Shown here: positions 28,582 through 37,988 of the stretch, one piece after another
How the letters are laid out: each line of letters opens with the position of its first letter
Numbering within the stretch: position 1 is the stretch's first letter
Sequence record: SRR20825019_12
Reading direction: 5' to 3' (one strand)
DNA length: 50,973 nt
The notes under the pieces: model-generated
Seen by the model: the letters and a program-made list of their open reading frames with translations, nothing else
Told to the model about the DNA's origin: nothing
Database searches by the model: none
Position numbers and translations under genes: made by a program

Positions 28582-29502
28582 ATGAAATTTGACGTAGTCG
28601 TTCTCACGGACCACCGTTACGTGGCCCCAGAGAAAAAAACACCGTACATTGAAAATGTGCTCCAAGAAGACCGACTGGTTCTGGAAGCGCTGCAAAGTCA
28701 AGGGTTAAAAACAGTAAGAAAAGCTTGGGACGACCCTGATTTTGACTGGTCGACGACCAAATACGCTCTGTTCCGAACTACTTGGGACTATTTTGACCGG
28801 TATGCCGAGTTTTCAAATTGGTTGGATAGAGCATCGCAACAAACAAAGTTTATCAACCCTAAAAAGCTAATTTATTGGAACATAGACAAACATTATTTAA
28901 AGGATTTGTTAATTGCCGGCGTTAATATTCCAAGAACGGTATTTATTGAACAAGGTGCTACCCCTACCCTTGCCGAGACCATAAAAATTTCAAAATCGGA
29001 ACATGGTTTTACTTCAAGCGAGTATATACTAAAACCCTGCGTATCCGGCGCTGCAAGACATACCTATAAAATAGATGATAGTAAGGTTGGGGACCACGAA
29101 GCAATCTTTAAGCAATTGGTATGTGAAGAGGCCATGATGCTCCAAGAATTTCAACATCACATTGTATCCGAAGGAGAAATTTCCATGATGGTTTTTAACG
29201 GAGCGTTTACCCATGCAGTTTTAAAAATTGCCAAACCAGGGGATTTTAGGGTTCAGGATGATTTTGGCGGCACCGTACATCCCTATTCCCCAAGCGCGGA
29301 GCAAATCGAATTTGCCAAAAGTGTGGTACAAACCGCTCCTGAACTCCCTGTCTATGCCAGAGTCGATATTTTTAAGGACAATAATGGCAAATGGGCACTG
29401 GCCGAACTTGAAATTTTTGAACCTGAACTATGGTTCCGCCTCAACCCCGTAGCAGCAAATGTTCTGGCAAAAGGAATCAGGGAAACCATCGCCTTCGATT
29501 GA
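28582..29502 (+). CDS. ATP-grasp ligase (RimK/glutathione synthetase-like)
   Basis: RTTWDY, KPCVSG, DFRVQDDFGG, YARVD and ELEIFEP motifs. Confidence 0.8.
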   Translation: MKFDVVVLTDHRYVAPEKKTPYIENVLQEDRLVLEALQSQGLKTVRKAWDDPDFDWSTTKYALFRTTWDYFDRYAEFSNWLDRASQQTKFINPKKLIYWNIDKHYLKDLLIAGVNIPRTVFIEQGATPTLAETIKISKSEHGFTSSEYILKPCVSGAARHTYKIDDSKVGDHEAIFKQLVCEEAMMLQEFQHHIVSEGEISMMVFNGAFTHAVLKIAKPGDFRVQDDFGGTVHPYSPSAEQIEFAKSVVQTAPELPVYARVDIFKDNNGKWALAELEIFEPELWFRLNPVAANVLAKGIRETIAFD

Positions 29503-29551
29503 AACCAACTGGGATTGATATATATTTTTATCTTTAAATAAACTTTTAGAA

Positions 29552-30547
29552 ATGAAAAACCTAGCCGTTATTCTATTGAGCATTTCCCTCGGGTGTTCCG
29601 CCCAGCAAAGCACCACGGGAGAGTTGGTGGCCAACGAAGATGCCTTTTTTGACTATGTGGATAAGAATGCAAAAATTGAAGTACTCGCTGAAGGATTTAT
29701 ATGGGCCGAAGGTCCTGTCTGGGTAAAAAAGGATGGGTTTCTTCTTTTTTCCGATGTTCCTCAAAACACCATTTTTAAATGGAACGAAGCTGAAGGCATT
29801 TCTGAATTCTTAAAACCATCCGGGTATACCGGTATCCTACCCTATAGTCGTGAGCCCGGGAGCAACGGGTTGATCATCAATAATCAAGGTGAGCTAGTGG
29901 CCAGTGAACATGGAGACCGTAGGATTTCCAAAATGCCATTGACCAAAGGCGGTAAAGTTACGATTGCCGATACTTGGCGGGGCAAACGGTTCCACAGTCC
30001 AAATGATATCGTACAGACCTCGACGGGCATTTATTATTTTACCGATCCCCCGTACGGTTTGCCAGAGCAACAAGATTCCCCTTTCCGTGAAATAGATGCA
30101 TTCGGTGTTTATAAAATAGATAACGATGGAAATGTGGAGATGGTAGTTTCCGATCTGAAAAGACCAAATGGCGTGGCACTTTCATTGGATGAAGATATAC
30201 TTTATGTCAACCAATCAGATTCCGATGAGCCCTACATTATGGCCTACGATATAAAAAGTGACGGCACATTGGATAATGGCCGAATCTTTTTTGACGCTTC
30301 TGAATTGCAAAAAGAGGGGCTAATAGGTTCTCTGGATGGACTTAAAATTGCCATGGACGGAACTATATTTTCGACCGGACCTAGTGGTGTTTTGGTCATC
30401 ACGCCGCAAGGAAAGCTGTTGGGACGCATAGCAACCGGACAACGAACCGCCAATTGTGCATGGGGCGATGATGGCTCGGTCCTTTATATGACCGCCCATA
30501 ACTATCTGATGAGAATTCAGACCAAAACAAAGGGGGTTGGTTTTTAG
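29552..30547 (+). CDS. SMP-30/gluconolactonase family lipoprotein
   Basis: AEGPVW, SPND, FTDPPYG, PNGVA and DGLK motifs. Confidence 0.9.
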   Translation: MKNLAVILLSISLGCSAQQSTTGELVANEDAFFDYVDKNAKIEVLAEGFIWAEGPVWVKKDGFLLFSDVPQNTIFKWNEAEGISEFLKPSGYTGILPYSREPGSNGLIINNQGELVASEHGDRRISKMPLTKGGKVTIADTWRGKRFHSPNDIVQTSTGIYYFTDPPYGLPEQQDSPFREIDAFGVYKIDNDGNVEMVVSDLKRPNGVALSLDEDILYVNQSDSDEPYIMAYDIKSDGTLDNGRIFFDASELQKEGLIGSLDGLKIAMDGTIFSTGPSGVLVITPQGKLLGRIATGQRTANCAWGDDGSVLYMTAHNYLMRIQTKTKGVGF

Positions 30548-30556
30548 AAAGTAATT

Positions 30557-31315
30557 CTAATTTCCTGCAATTTGCTTTTTCAGCTCCTCCATTGATTCCT
30601 GAAGCTGTCTGAGCAAGCCTGTTTCCGTGGTGGCATCCACATTAAAGGTCAATTTACTGCTTACTTCCCAAATTTCTTGGATTTGAAAGGGTTTGATTTC
30701 GTAGGGCGGGTAAGTTTCATTCAAAGAGACCAATGTGATGTCATTGGAATTGGGCTTACGTTCAATCTTTTTTACCATCACCGAATCCTGCAGCACCACC
30801 ACATACATTTTATTCGGACTCACATGGTCTATATGCTCGATTGCTCTTGCCAAAACCCAGTCATTGGGCCTTAAATTCGGCAACATACTGTCCCCTTCCA
30901 CCTGAAAACCACGATAAGTGGCATTTCTAAACTCTGGAATGGGCATATCAAAAGCGGGCAACTGCCTATACCAGCTTGTATCGGAAATATTCTGTGGATA
31001 CCCGGCCGCGGCTTTGGCATTTACCATTACCATGTTATCGTTGTCCGAATTATCAACTGTTACCACCTTTGGAATAACACTGGTTTTGGAGGTATCCAAG
31101 TGTTTCTGATCACTTTCACCGAACAACCAAAGTGGGTTAATCTTAAACTGTTTTAAAAGCTCGCTCACCACTTTGCCCGAAAGTTTGGTTCTCCCCCGCT
31201 CTATATCCGCTGTCGTGTTTTTAACACCAAGCAAATCGGCAAATTCAGTCTGTGTAAAACCAAGCTCCCTCCGTAGATCGGTAAATCGTTTTAAAGTTAT
31301 TTCATTTTCCATCAT
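30557..31315 (-). CDS. XRE-HTH + S24 peptidase repressor (non-canonical LexA-like)
   Basis: N-terminal HTH (LRRELGFTQTEFADLLG), Ala-Gly site (AAAGY), catalytic Ser (GDSM) and Lys (VKKI). Confidence 0.88.
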   Translation of the reverse strand: MMENEITLKRFTDLRRELGFTQTEFADLLGVKNTTADIERGRTKLSGKVVSELLKQFKINPLWLFGESDQKHLDTSKTSVIPKVVTVDNSDNDNMVMVNAKAAAGYPQNISDTSWYRQLPAFDMPIPEFRNATYRGFQVEGDSMLPNLRPNDWVLARAIEHIDHVSPNKMYVVVLQDSVMVKKIERKPNSNDITLVSLNETYPPYEIKPFQIQEIWEVSSKLTFNVDATTETGLLRQLQESMEELKKQIAGN

Positions 31316-31416
31316 CAGGTTGATAATGTCGTGACGAGCGTAGTCGAGATATAAAGCAGTATGTTAATTCTGGAATATGCTCATTCAGACAATCCATGCT
31401 CAAATATAGCTATTTT

Positions 31417-31491
31417 GGAATATTTCCAAAAATTTTTATGGAATATTTCCATATATTGGATTATTTCCATATTTTTGGTTGGAATATTTCC
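31417..31491. promoter_or_regulatory. Four GGA-N5-TCC operator boxes (SOS-box-like)
   Basis: GGAATATTTCC at 31417, 31440 and 31481; GGATTATTTCC at 31458; -7 elements TATTTTTG (+, 31470) and TATATTTG (-, 31401-31408). Confidence 0.85.
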
Positions 31492-31496
31492 AAGTT

Positions 31497-32759
31497 ATGA
31501 ATTTTGAACGGATACGAGAAAAACTAAATATATTGGCAGACGCTGCAAAGTACGATGTCTCTTGTGCGAGCAGCGGAAGTGACCGTTCCAATAAAAATAA
31601 CGGATTGGGCAATGCTTCCAAAATGGGAATTTGCCACACCTACACGGCAGATGGTCGATGCGTATCACTATTAAAGATTCTTTTGACCAATCACTGCATT
31701 TTTGATTGTGCCTATTGTGTTACCCGTAAATCGAACGATGTCCCAAGAGCTGCCTTTAAGGTGCAAGAAGTAGTGGACCTGACCATCAATTTTTACCGAA
31801 GAAATTATATCGAGGGACTTTTTCTGAGCTCGGGAATATTCAAAAGTCCCGACCATACCATGGAACGTTTGGTAGCGGTGGCCAAAAAACTGCGGGAAGA
31901 GGAAAATTTTAATGGGTACATCCATTTAAAATCAATCCCCGGCGCTAGCGACGAATTAATGTACCAGGCAGGGCTCTATGCCGACAGACTTTCGGTAAAC
32001 ATTGAAGTGCCGACCGTTTCAGGATTAAAATTATTGGCCCCGGACAAAAAGCATGAAGACTTTACCAAACCGATGGAAAAGGTGAAAAATGAAATCGTAC
32101 GATATACAACTGAACGAAAAATCATCAAAAGCACTCCCAAGTATGCCCCTGCGGGCCAAAGCACCCAAATGATTGTGGGTGCTTCCGGAGAATCGGATAA
32201 GGATATTATGTATTCTGCATCCTATTACTATAAAACCTACAATATGAAGCGTGTGTATTATTCCGGATATGTGCCCGTGACTCACGATTCCCGGTTACCC
32301 GCCATTGGCTCCAAAGTCCCCATGTTGCGAGAGAACAGGTTGTACCAAACCGATTGGCTGCTGCGTTTTTATGGTTTTTCTGTTGGAGAGCTTTTGAATA
32401 CCCAACATCCCAATTTGGATATGGACGTGGACCCTAAACTCTCATGGGCTTTGCGAAACTTACATCATTTTCCAGTGGATGTGAACTCGGCCGATAAGCA
32501 TCTATTGGCCCGAATTCCAGGGATTGGGATGCAATCGGTATATAAAATTATAAAAGCAAGAAAATTTCGAAAATTGAACTGGGACCATCTGAAAAAAATC
32601 GGTGTGGCCCTCAACCGTGCCCAATATTTTATGGTTTGTGATTCCCGACTTTGGGAACGTCGTGATATGGACGCGGAGAAAATAAAAGGCATGATCCTGC
32701 AAACTTCCTCTGGGAAATTTCGGAATCAGTACAGTACACAATTGTCATTGTTCAATTAG
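31497..32759 (+). CDS. Putative DNA modification/repair radical SAM protein (TIGR03916-like)
   Basis: AAKYDVSC, CIFDCAYC radical SAM motif, C-terminal HhH (LARIPGIG). Confidence 0.93.
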   Translation: MNFERIREKLNILADAAKYDVSCASSGSDRSNKNNGLGNASKMGICHTYTADGRCVSLLKILLTNHCIFDCAYCVTRKSNDVPRAAFKVQEVVDLTINFYRRNYIEGLFLSSGIFKSPDHTMERLVAVAKKLREEENFNGYIHLKSIPGASDELMYQAGLYADRLSVNIEVPTVSGLKLLAPDKKHEDFTKPMEKVKNEIVRYTTERKIIKSTPKYAPAGQSTQMIVGASGESDKDIMYSASYYYKTYNMKRVYYSGYVPVTHDSRLPAIGSKVPMLRENRLYQTDWLLRFYGFSVGELLNTQHPNLDMDVDPKLSWALRNLHHFPVDVNSADKHLLARIPGIGMQSVYKIIKARKFRKLNWDHLKKIGVALNRAQYFMVCDSRLWERRDMDAEKIKGMILQTSSGKFRNQYSTQLSLFN

Positions 32760-32780
32760 GAATTGGCAATTGATGAGTAA

Positions 32781-32841
32781 GTCATTTCGACCGAAGGGGA
32801 GAAATCTAGATTTCTCAGTTGTAAACTCCTTCGAAATGACA
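32781..32841. repeat. REP-like hairpin element
   Basis: GTCATTTCGA..GAGAAATCT-AGATTTCTC..TCGAAATGAC. Confidence 0.8.
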
Positions 32842-32863
32842 TAAAAGAAACTAAAAAGCAAAC

Positions 32864-33643
32864 ATGATGAATGCTTCAACAACCTTAGTTTATGACGGAA
32901 GTTTTAATGGATTTCTGACCGCCGTCTTCGTCGCCTTTGATGAAAAAATCAACGTGGCAGACATTCAAAAGAACAATCAATCCCAAAACGGATTGTTCTC
33001 AGAAACGGAAACAGTTTTTACAAACGTGGAGAAAGCGAAACGTGTATGGAACGGAATCCGTAACAAAAGCCACAATGCCATCTCCAATGTGTATTTTGCT
33101 TTTTTGAGCGAAGCCGAAGGTGTAGAAATGATGCTCTACAACTATATTCAAAAATTGATGCGCACCAAAAATGGGAAGTATTTGGACTATTCGGACAGTA
33201 CGGTGCTGCATATTGCCCAATTAGCTAAAAAAGTGGGGCGCGAAAAGCACCGTATGGAAGCCTTTGTACGGTTTCAATTGACCAAGGATGAAATTTATTT
33301 TGCCAATATCGAACCTGATTTTGATGTTTTACCCTTGATTTCCAAACATTTTCGTGACCGTTACGCAGACCAAAAATGGTTAATTTATGATGTGAGGCGT
33401 AAATATGGCATCTACTATGATTTGGACCATGTGGAGATGGTATCCTTGAACCTGAAAGATATCCATCATAATAAAACGGTAAAAAGTGATGCCTTCACCA
33501 ACGAGGAATACGAATACCAAACGCTGTGGAACGATTATTTTAAAAGCACTAACATTGCTTCACGGATTAATCCAAAATTGCACAAACAGCATGTACCAAA
33601 AAGGTATTGGAAGTATTTGAGCGAGAAGAAGGTTACAGCTTAA
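32864..33643 (+). CDS. TIGR03915/DUF4130 putative DNA repair protein
   Basis: YDGSFNGFLTAVF, EKHRMEAFVRF and PKRYWKYL motifs; usual partner of the radical SAM gene. Confidence 0.92.
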   Translation: MMNASTTLVYDGSFNGFLTAVFVAFDEKINVADIQKNNQSQNGLFSETETVFTNVEKAKRVWNGIRNKSHNAISNVYFAFLSEAEGVEMMLYNYIQKLMRTKNGKYLDYSDSTVLHIAQLAKKVGREKHRMEAFVRFQLTKDEIYFANIEPDFDVLPLISKHFRDRYADQKWLIYDVRRKYGIYYDLDHVEMVSLNLKDIHHNKTVKSDAFTNEEYEYQTLWNDYFKSTNIASRINPKLHKQHVPKRYWKYLSEKKVTA

Positions 33644-34015
33644 TGATTTGATAGTTTGAGCAGCAACTCGAAAAATGGATTCTTCCATTATCTCCAAACT
33701 TGAATTTAGCCCTTAAGAATCGATTGAGGCCAAAGATACCTGCAACTATCTTGTTTTTTCAATTTTCATGCCTCCATTCTGGATTTTTGATCCAAAAGAA
33801 TTTTTTATTGCTTCAAACATATCTTGAGCATACAGGTGTATCTTAAATTATCTAGGTTTATATTAAATAATGTCCTGCAATCACGAATGGTATTCAAGAT
33901 TTACTAATTCTTGGTCAATTATTTAGTTTTTGCATCTCATAACCCCTAGTAGCTTTTCTACCAAGTTGCAACATTACTTATAAACATTTGTGATACAGGC
34001 GAAAAGATCATAATT

Positions 34016-35437
34016 ATGTTAGAGTTACTTATAAAAAAGATTCAGGGGTTAAGTTCACAAAATGTAGAGCTTTTGCATGATGCGTATTTTAATCGTCTCA
34101 GAGCAAAAAACTATGAAAGGTTGGATAGGGACGGACACGTTTATTTAGATTATACGGGTGGAAGTTTGTACGCGAGCTCCCAATTAAATGAACATATGGA
34201 GTTATTGGCTTCAAATACCTTTGGAAACCCCCACTCCTCCAATCCAACTTCAGAATTATCCACCAACTTGGTGGAAGAGGCAAGGGATGCAATCATTTCA
34301 TTTTTTAAGGCCCATGACTATTACTGTGTTTTTACACCAAATGCCTCCGGTGCACTGAAAATTGTGGGAGAATGTTATCCATTTGAAAATGATGGACATT
34401 TTTTATTGCTAGCCGACAATCATAACTCAGTTAACGGTATAAGGGAATATTGTAAAAATGCTGGCGGTGTCAACGAATATGTGCCAATGAACAGAATCGA
34501 CCTAGGCGTTTCCAGAGATAAGCTATTTAATAGTCTGAAAAATTCCTCAAGAACATCAAAACTATTTGCTTATCCCGCACAATCGAACGTATCGGGCATC
34601 AAACATGATCTTCAATGGATTTCCACAGCCCAAAGTTATGGCTGGGATGTTTTATTGGATGCAGCGGCCTTTGCGCCTACCTCTCCTTTAGATTTGACGA
34701 AACACTCCCCTAACTTTGTTGCTGTCTCATTTTATAAAATGTTTGGTTATCCTACGGGATTGGGTTGCTTATTAATAAAAAAATCTTCATTCGGAAAACT
34801 GCAGAAAAAATGGTTTGCAGGAGGAACTGTTAATTTAGCTTCTGCAATGACCCCACATCACTTTTTGATGGACAATCATGAACGATTTGAAGATGGCACA
34901 CTCAACTATTTGGACATTCCTGCATTAAAAATTGGATTGGACTATTTGAAATCGATAGGGATGAAACGGCTTAATGAACGGGTGGGCTCATTAATGGAGT
35001 ACATTTTTTACAGATTGAAGGATTTAACACATAGCAATGGAGCACCTCAGTTGGAAATATTTGGGCATCCCAAAAGATTGAATACCGGGGGCACCATGAG
35101 TATGTGTTTTAAAAATCCCGATGGGTCGAAAATTGATTTTCACCAAATTGAGGAAATGGCCAACGATAGAAACATTTCCCTTCGTTCAGGTTGTTTTTGT
35201 AATCCGGGATTAGATGAAACCATCAATTGTATGAACACCAATGAAATAGATCAATATTTTAAAAGTCGTGTATCCGGAAATTATTTGGATATGATTGATT
35301 TTTTACAAGTAATGCGAGGTTCGATAAGAATTTCGGTGGGTATCGCCACCAACCGTGACGATTTGGATGCTTTTGTATCGTTGGTTCGTGGTTTGAAGGA
35401 CAAAACTATTTCTAAAGAAATTTTAAAAGCATCTTGA
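34016..35437 (+). CDS. Class V PLP enzyme, molybdenum-cofactor-sulfurase N-domain-like
   Basis: YLDYTG, GNPHS, DNHNSVNGIRE, LLDAAA, SFYKMFGYPTG and RSGCFCNPG motifs. Confidence 0.85.
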   Translation: MLELLIKKIQGLSSQNVELLHDAYFNRLRAKNYERLDRDGHVYLDYTGGSLYASSQLNEHMELLASNTFGNPHSSNPTSELSTNLVEEARDAIISFFKAHDYYCVFTPNASGALKIVGECYPFENDGHFLLLADNHNSVNGIREYCKNAGGVNEYVPMNRIDLGVSRDKLFNSLKNSSRTSKLFAYPAQSNVSGIKHDLQWISTAQSYGWDVLLDAAAFAPTSPLDLTKHSPNFVAVSFYKMFGYPTGLGCLLIKKSSFGKLQKKWFAGGTVNLASAMTPHHFLMDNHERFEDGTLNYLDIPALKIGLDYLKSIGMKRLNERVGSLMEYIFYRLKDLTHSNGAPQLEIFGHPKRLNTGGTMSMCFKNPDGSKIDFHQIEEMANDRNISLRSGCFCNPGLDETINCMNTNEIDQYFKSRVSGNYLDMIDFLQVMRGSIRISVGIATNRDDLDAFVSLVRGLKDKTISKEILKAS

Positions 35438-35450
35438 GAAACGCTAAAAG

Positions 35451-35483
35451 CAATGCCTTTTTATCATTGATAGAAAGGCATTG
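35451..35483. terminator. Hairpin between convergent genes
   Basis: CAATGCCTTT..TATCA/TGATA..AAAGGCATTG. Confidence 0.7.
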
Positions 35484-35527
35484 TTTATTGTTTAGGCAGA
35501 CATCCTGACCAAACATCTTGCTTATGC

Positions 35528-36052
35528 TTACCTACTCTTCTCCCCCACAAAATGGTCATTCTTGGTCTTGAACAGTACATTAAAACTGGTCAAACTACCA
35601 TAAATGCGGGTAATATATTGCTGTAGGTCCACCTTTTCTTGATCATCAAGGTTTTTACTGCTATTTATTTTTTGTTCCATCACGCGGATACGGTCCCGCA
35701 CCATCACAATTTTATGGAAAAAGGTCTCAATGGGCATTTCCTTGTTGGCCGTGCCATCATCGGGTTCCAAAACCAGTTTACCACCCTTCCATTTGTCAGC
35801 CATGGCTACTTTTTCGTGGGTATCGCTCCATTTTTCAAGAATCTTCACCAAGGATTGTTCCACATCAAAAAAGCTCACACTGTCCACTTCGTCCTCTACG
35901 CCTTCAATCACTTCGAATTCAGCATCCAAATCAATGGTTTCCAATCCATTTTCCAAAAAAGTGACCCAATAATGTTTGGACGATACGTTGGTGACCACCC
36001 CTTTGCCATATTCCGGATGGTCTATTCTAGAGCCTATGCCTAATATTTTCAT
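35528..36052 (-). CDS. Conserved hypothetical protein
   Basis: 174 aa; N-terminal SH3-like HPEYGKGVV; C-terminal helical FFHKIVMVRDR..YITRIYGSLT. Confidence 0.75.
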   Translation of the reverse strand: MKILGIGSRIDHPEYGKGVVTNVSSKHYWVTFLENGLETIDLDAEFEVIEGVEDEVDSVSFFDVEQSLVKILEKWSDTHEKVAMADKWKGGKLVLEPDDGTANKEMPIETFFHKIVMVRDRIRVMEQKINSSKNLDDQEKVDLQQYITRIYGSLTSFNVLFKTKNDHFVGEKSR

Positions 36053-36135
36053 AATTGTATTTGTTTTCTGTTCTCAAATTTAGATTTTTTGGTTGTAAGC
36101 CCTAACTTCGTTGTCGGTTTTTTAAACCAGTATTC

Positions 36136-37884
36136 ATGGAACCACGAAAAATAAGAGCAAAGCTCGGGGAGTTGGCTTCAACTTCCATCAGTGGTAACGA
36201 CATCAGTTCTTCTTGTCTTTACGTATCCGCTTTGGCCGTTTTGCACGCAGGCCAATATGCATGGATTTCCTTGTTGATCGTTGGTGTTGTTCTCTTTTTA
36301 TTTCGGAAAATTTACGGCGAAGTAGTCGGGGCACTACCTATGAACGGAGGGGCCTACAACGCCCTGTTGAACACCACCAGCAAGGGAATGGCATCTTTGG
36401 CTGCGTCCTTGACCTTATTATCGTATATGGCCACCGCGGTAATCTCCGCCAATGAGGCCATGGCTTATTTAAAGAACATTGTGCCACAACTGCCCGTGAT
36501 TTTGGCCACCATAGGCCTATTGGCCTTATTTATGGGACTGGTTATCATCGGTATTGGCGAATCTTCCAAAGTGGCCATTGCCATTTTTATTTTCCATTTG
36601 GCTTCTTTGGTTTTATTATCCTCATTCGCGGGCATCTATCTTTTCGAACATGGCTTGGATGTATTTGCCGACAACAACGCACTGCCCGTAAAGCACGGTG
36701 CGTTGCCCATGGCTCTGTTCTTTGGGTTTTCTGCGGCCATGTTGGGCATAAGCGGGTTCGAAAGCTCTGCTAACTTTGTTGAAGAGCAGAAAAAAGGCGT
36801 GTTTCCCAAAACCTTGCGCAATATGTGGGTGGTGGTCACCATTTTTAATCCCTTGATTGCCTTTTTGGCGCTGGCCGTTCTACCTATTTCAGATATAGAG
36901 TCCAATAGTGAAGCATTGCTATCCATAATGGGCAACCAAGTAAGTGGTTCTTGGTTATCCTTCTTGGTTTCTGTGGATGCCGTACTGGTTTTGAGCGGGG
37001 CCGTACTTACCTCTTTTGTGGGCGTGTCCGGTCTGGTGGAGCGTATCACTTTGGATAGAATCCTGCCCCCATTTTTATTAAAGCGTAACAAGAACGGAAG
37101 CACCTACCGGATTGCCATCGTGTTTTTTATGCTTTGTGTTTCCATTCTATTGATTACCGAAGGTGACTTGGAAGCTTTGGCCGGTGTATATACCATAGCC
37201 TTTTTGTCCGTAATGGCACTTTTTGGTATTGGTAATATTTTGCTTAAAGTAAGGCGAAAAAACCTGCCACGACCTGAACGCTCTGGTTGGTTGTCCTTGC
37301 TTGTTGCCATTGCTGCGGTTATTACGGCTTTAGTGGGAAATATTCTTTTGAACCCTGACTATTTGGTTGTGTTTATGGAATATTTTGTTCCGACCATAGC
37401 CCTGGTTTTGGTAATGCTCAATAGGACGGCCCTGTTAAAATTGTTATTACGTTTGATTCGGTATTTTCTTGACCCCATCAACCGGTTTTTGGTAAAATCC
37501 TATCGAGGTATCAATCGGGTAATCGACCACATCAACGACCAAGAGTTTGTCTATTTTACCAAGAAAGATGATGTGGCCGCTCTCAACAAAGTGCTGCTGT
37601 ATATCCGAAACAACGAGCATACCCGCAAATTAAAAATCGTATCTATTTTTCCGGAAGGAGAACAGGCCACCGACAGCTTTATATCTGATTTAAAAGTACT
37701 GGATAGGGAATATCCCGAAATTAAAATCGAATACATTCAATTGAAAGGAGAATTTACACCCAAAAAAATAAAAGAACTCTCCGAAAAATGGAATATCCCC
37801 ATCAATTTTATGTTTATTGGAAGCCCCAGCGATAAATTCCCATACCCTTTGCAGGAGCTCGGAGGCGTCCGCCTCATCATTTGA
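36136..37884 (+). CDS. APC family amino acid permease
   Basis: SGNDISSS and GISGFES motifs, about 12 TM helices, soluble C-terminal domain. Confidence 0.87.
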   Translation: MEPRKIRAKLGELASTSISGNDISSSCLYVSALAVLHAGQYAWISLLIVGVVLFLFRKIYGEVVGALPMNGGAYNALLNTTSKGMASLAASLTLLSYMATAVISANEAMAYLKNIVPQLPVILATIGLLALFMGLVIIGIGESSKVAIAIFIFHLASLVLLSSFAGIYLFEHGLDVFADNNALPVKHGALPMALFFGFSAAMLGISGFESSANFVEEQKKGVFPKTLRNMWVVVTIFNPLIAFLALAVLPISDIESNSEALLSIMGNQVSGSWLSFLVSVDAVLVLSGAVLTSFVGVSGLVERITLDRILPPFLLKRNKNGSTYRIAIVFFMLCVSILLITEGDLEALAGVYTIAFLSVMALFGIGNILLKVRRKNLPRPERSGWLSLLVAIAAVITALVGNILLNPDYLVVFMEYFVPTIALVLVMLNRTALLKLLLRLIRYFLDPINRFLVKSYRGINRVIDHINDQEFVYFTKKDDVAALNKVLLYIRNNEHTRKLKIVSIFPEGEQATDSFISDLKVLDREYPEIKIEYIQLKGEFTPKKIKELSEKWNIPINFMFIGSPSDKFPYPLQELGGVRLII

Positions 37885-37988
37885 TGGAAAGCATGGTACT
37901 TTAAACATCTTTCGTTAACAAAAACGAAACCAAAAGGCTACTTCCTTTTTAAATCCCAAATCGCTACATTTGAGGTTTGCTATGATTT

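Noticed and set aside
30557-31315. Prophage CI repressor
   Set aside because: No phage genes nearby; context and operators fit a chromosomal SOS regulator.
31336-31350. CGAGCGTAGTCGAGA fragment resembling another Flavobacterial REP
   Set aside because: Single partial copy with no partner arm in the window; cannot be supported.
31417-31491. Regularly spaced palindromes as a mini-CRISPR
   Set aside because: Units are 11 bp with 7-12 bp gaps; better explained as repressor operators.
33677-33686. Additional SOS box GGATTCTTCC
   Set aside because: Spacer is 4 nt rather than 5, and it lies far from the next start codon.
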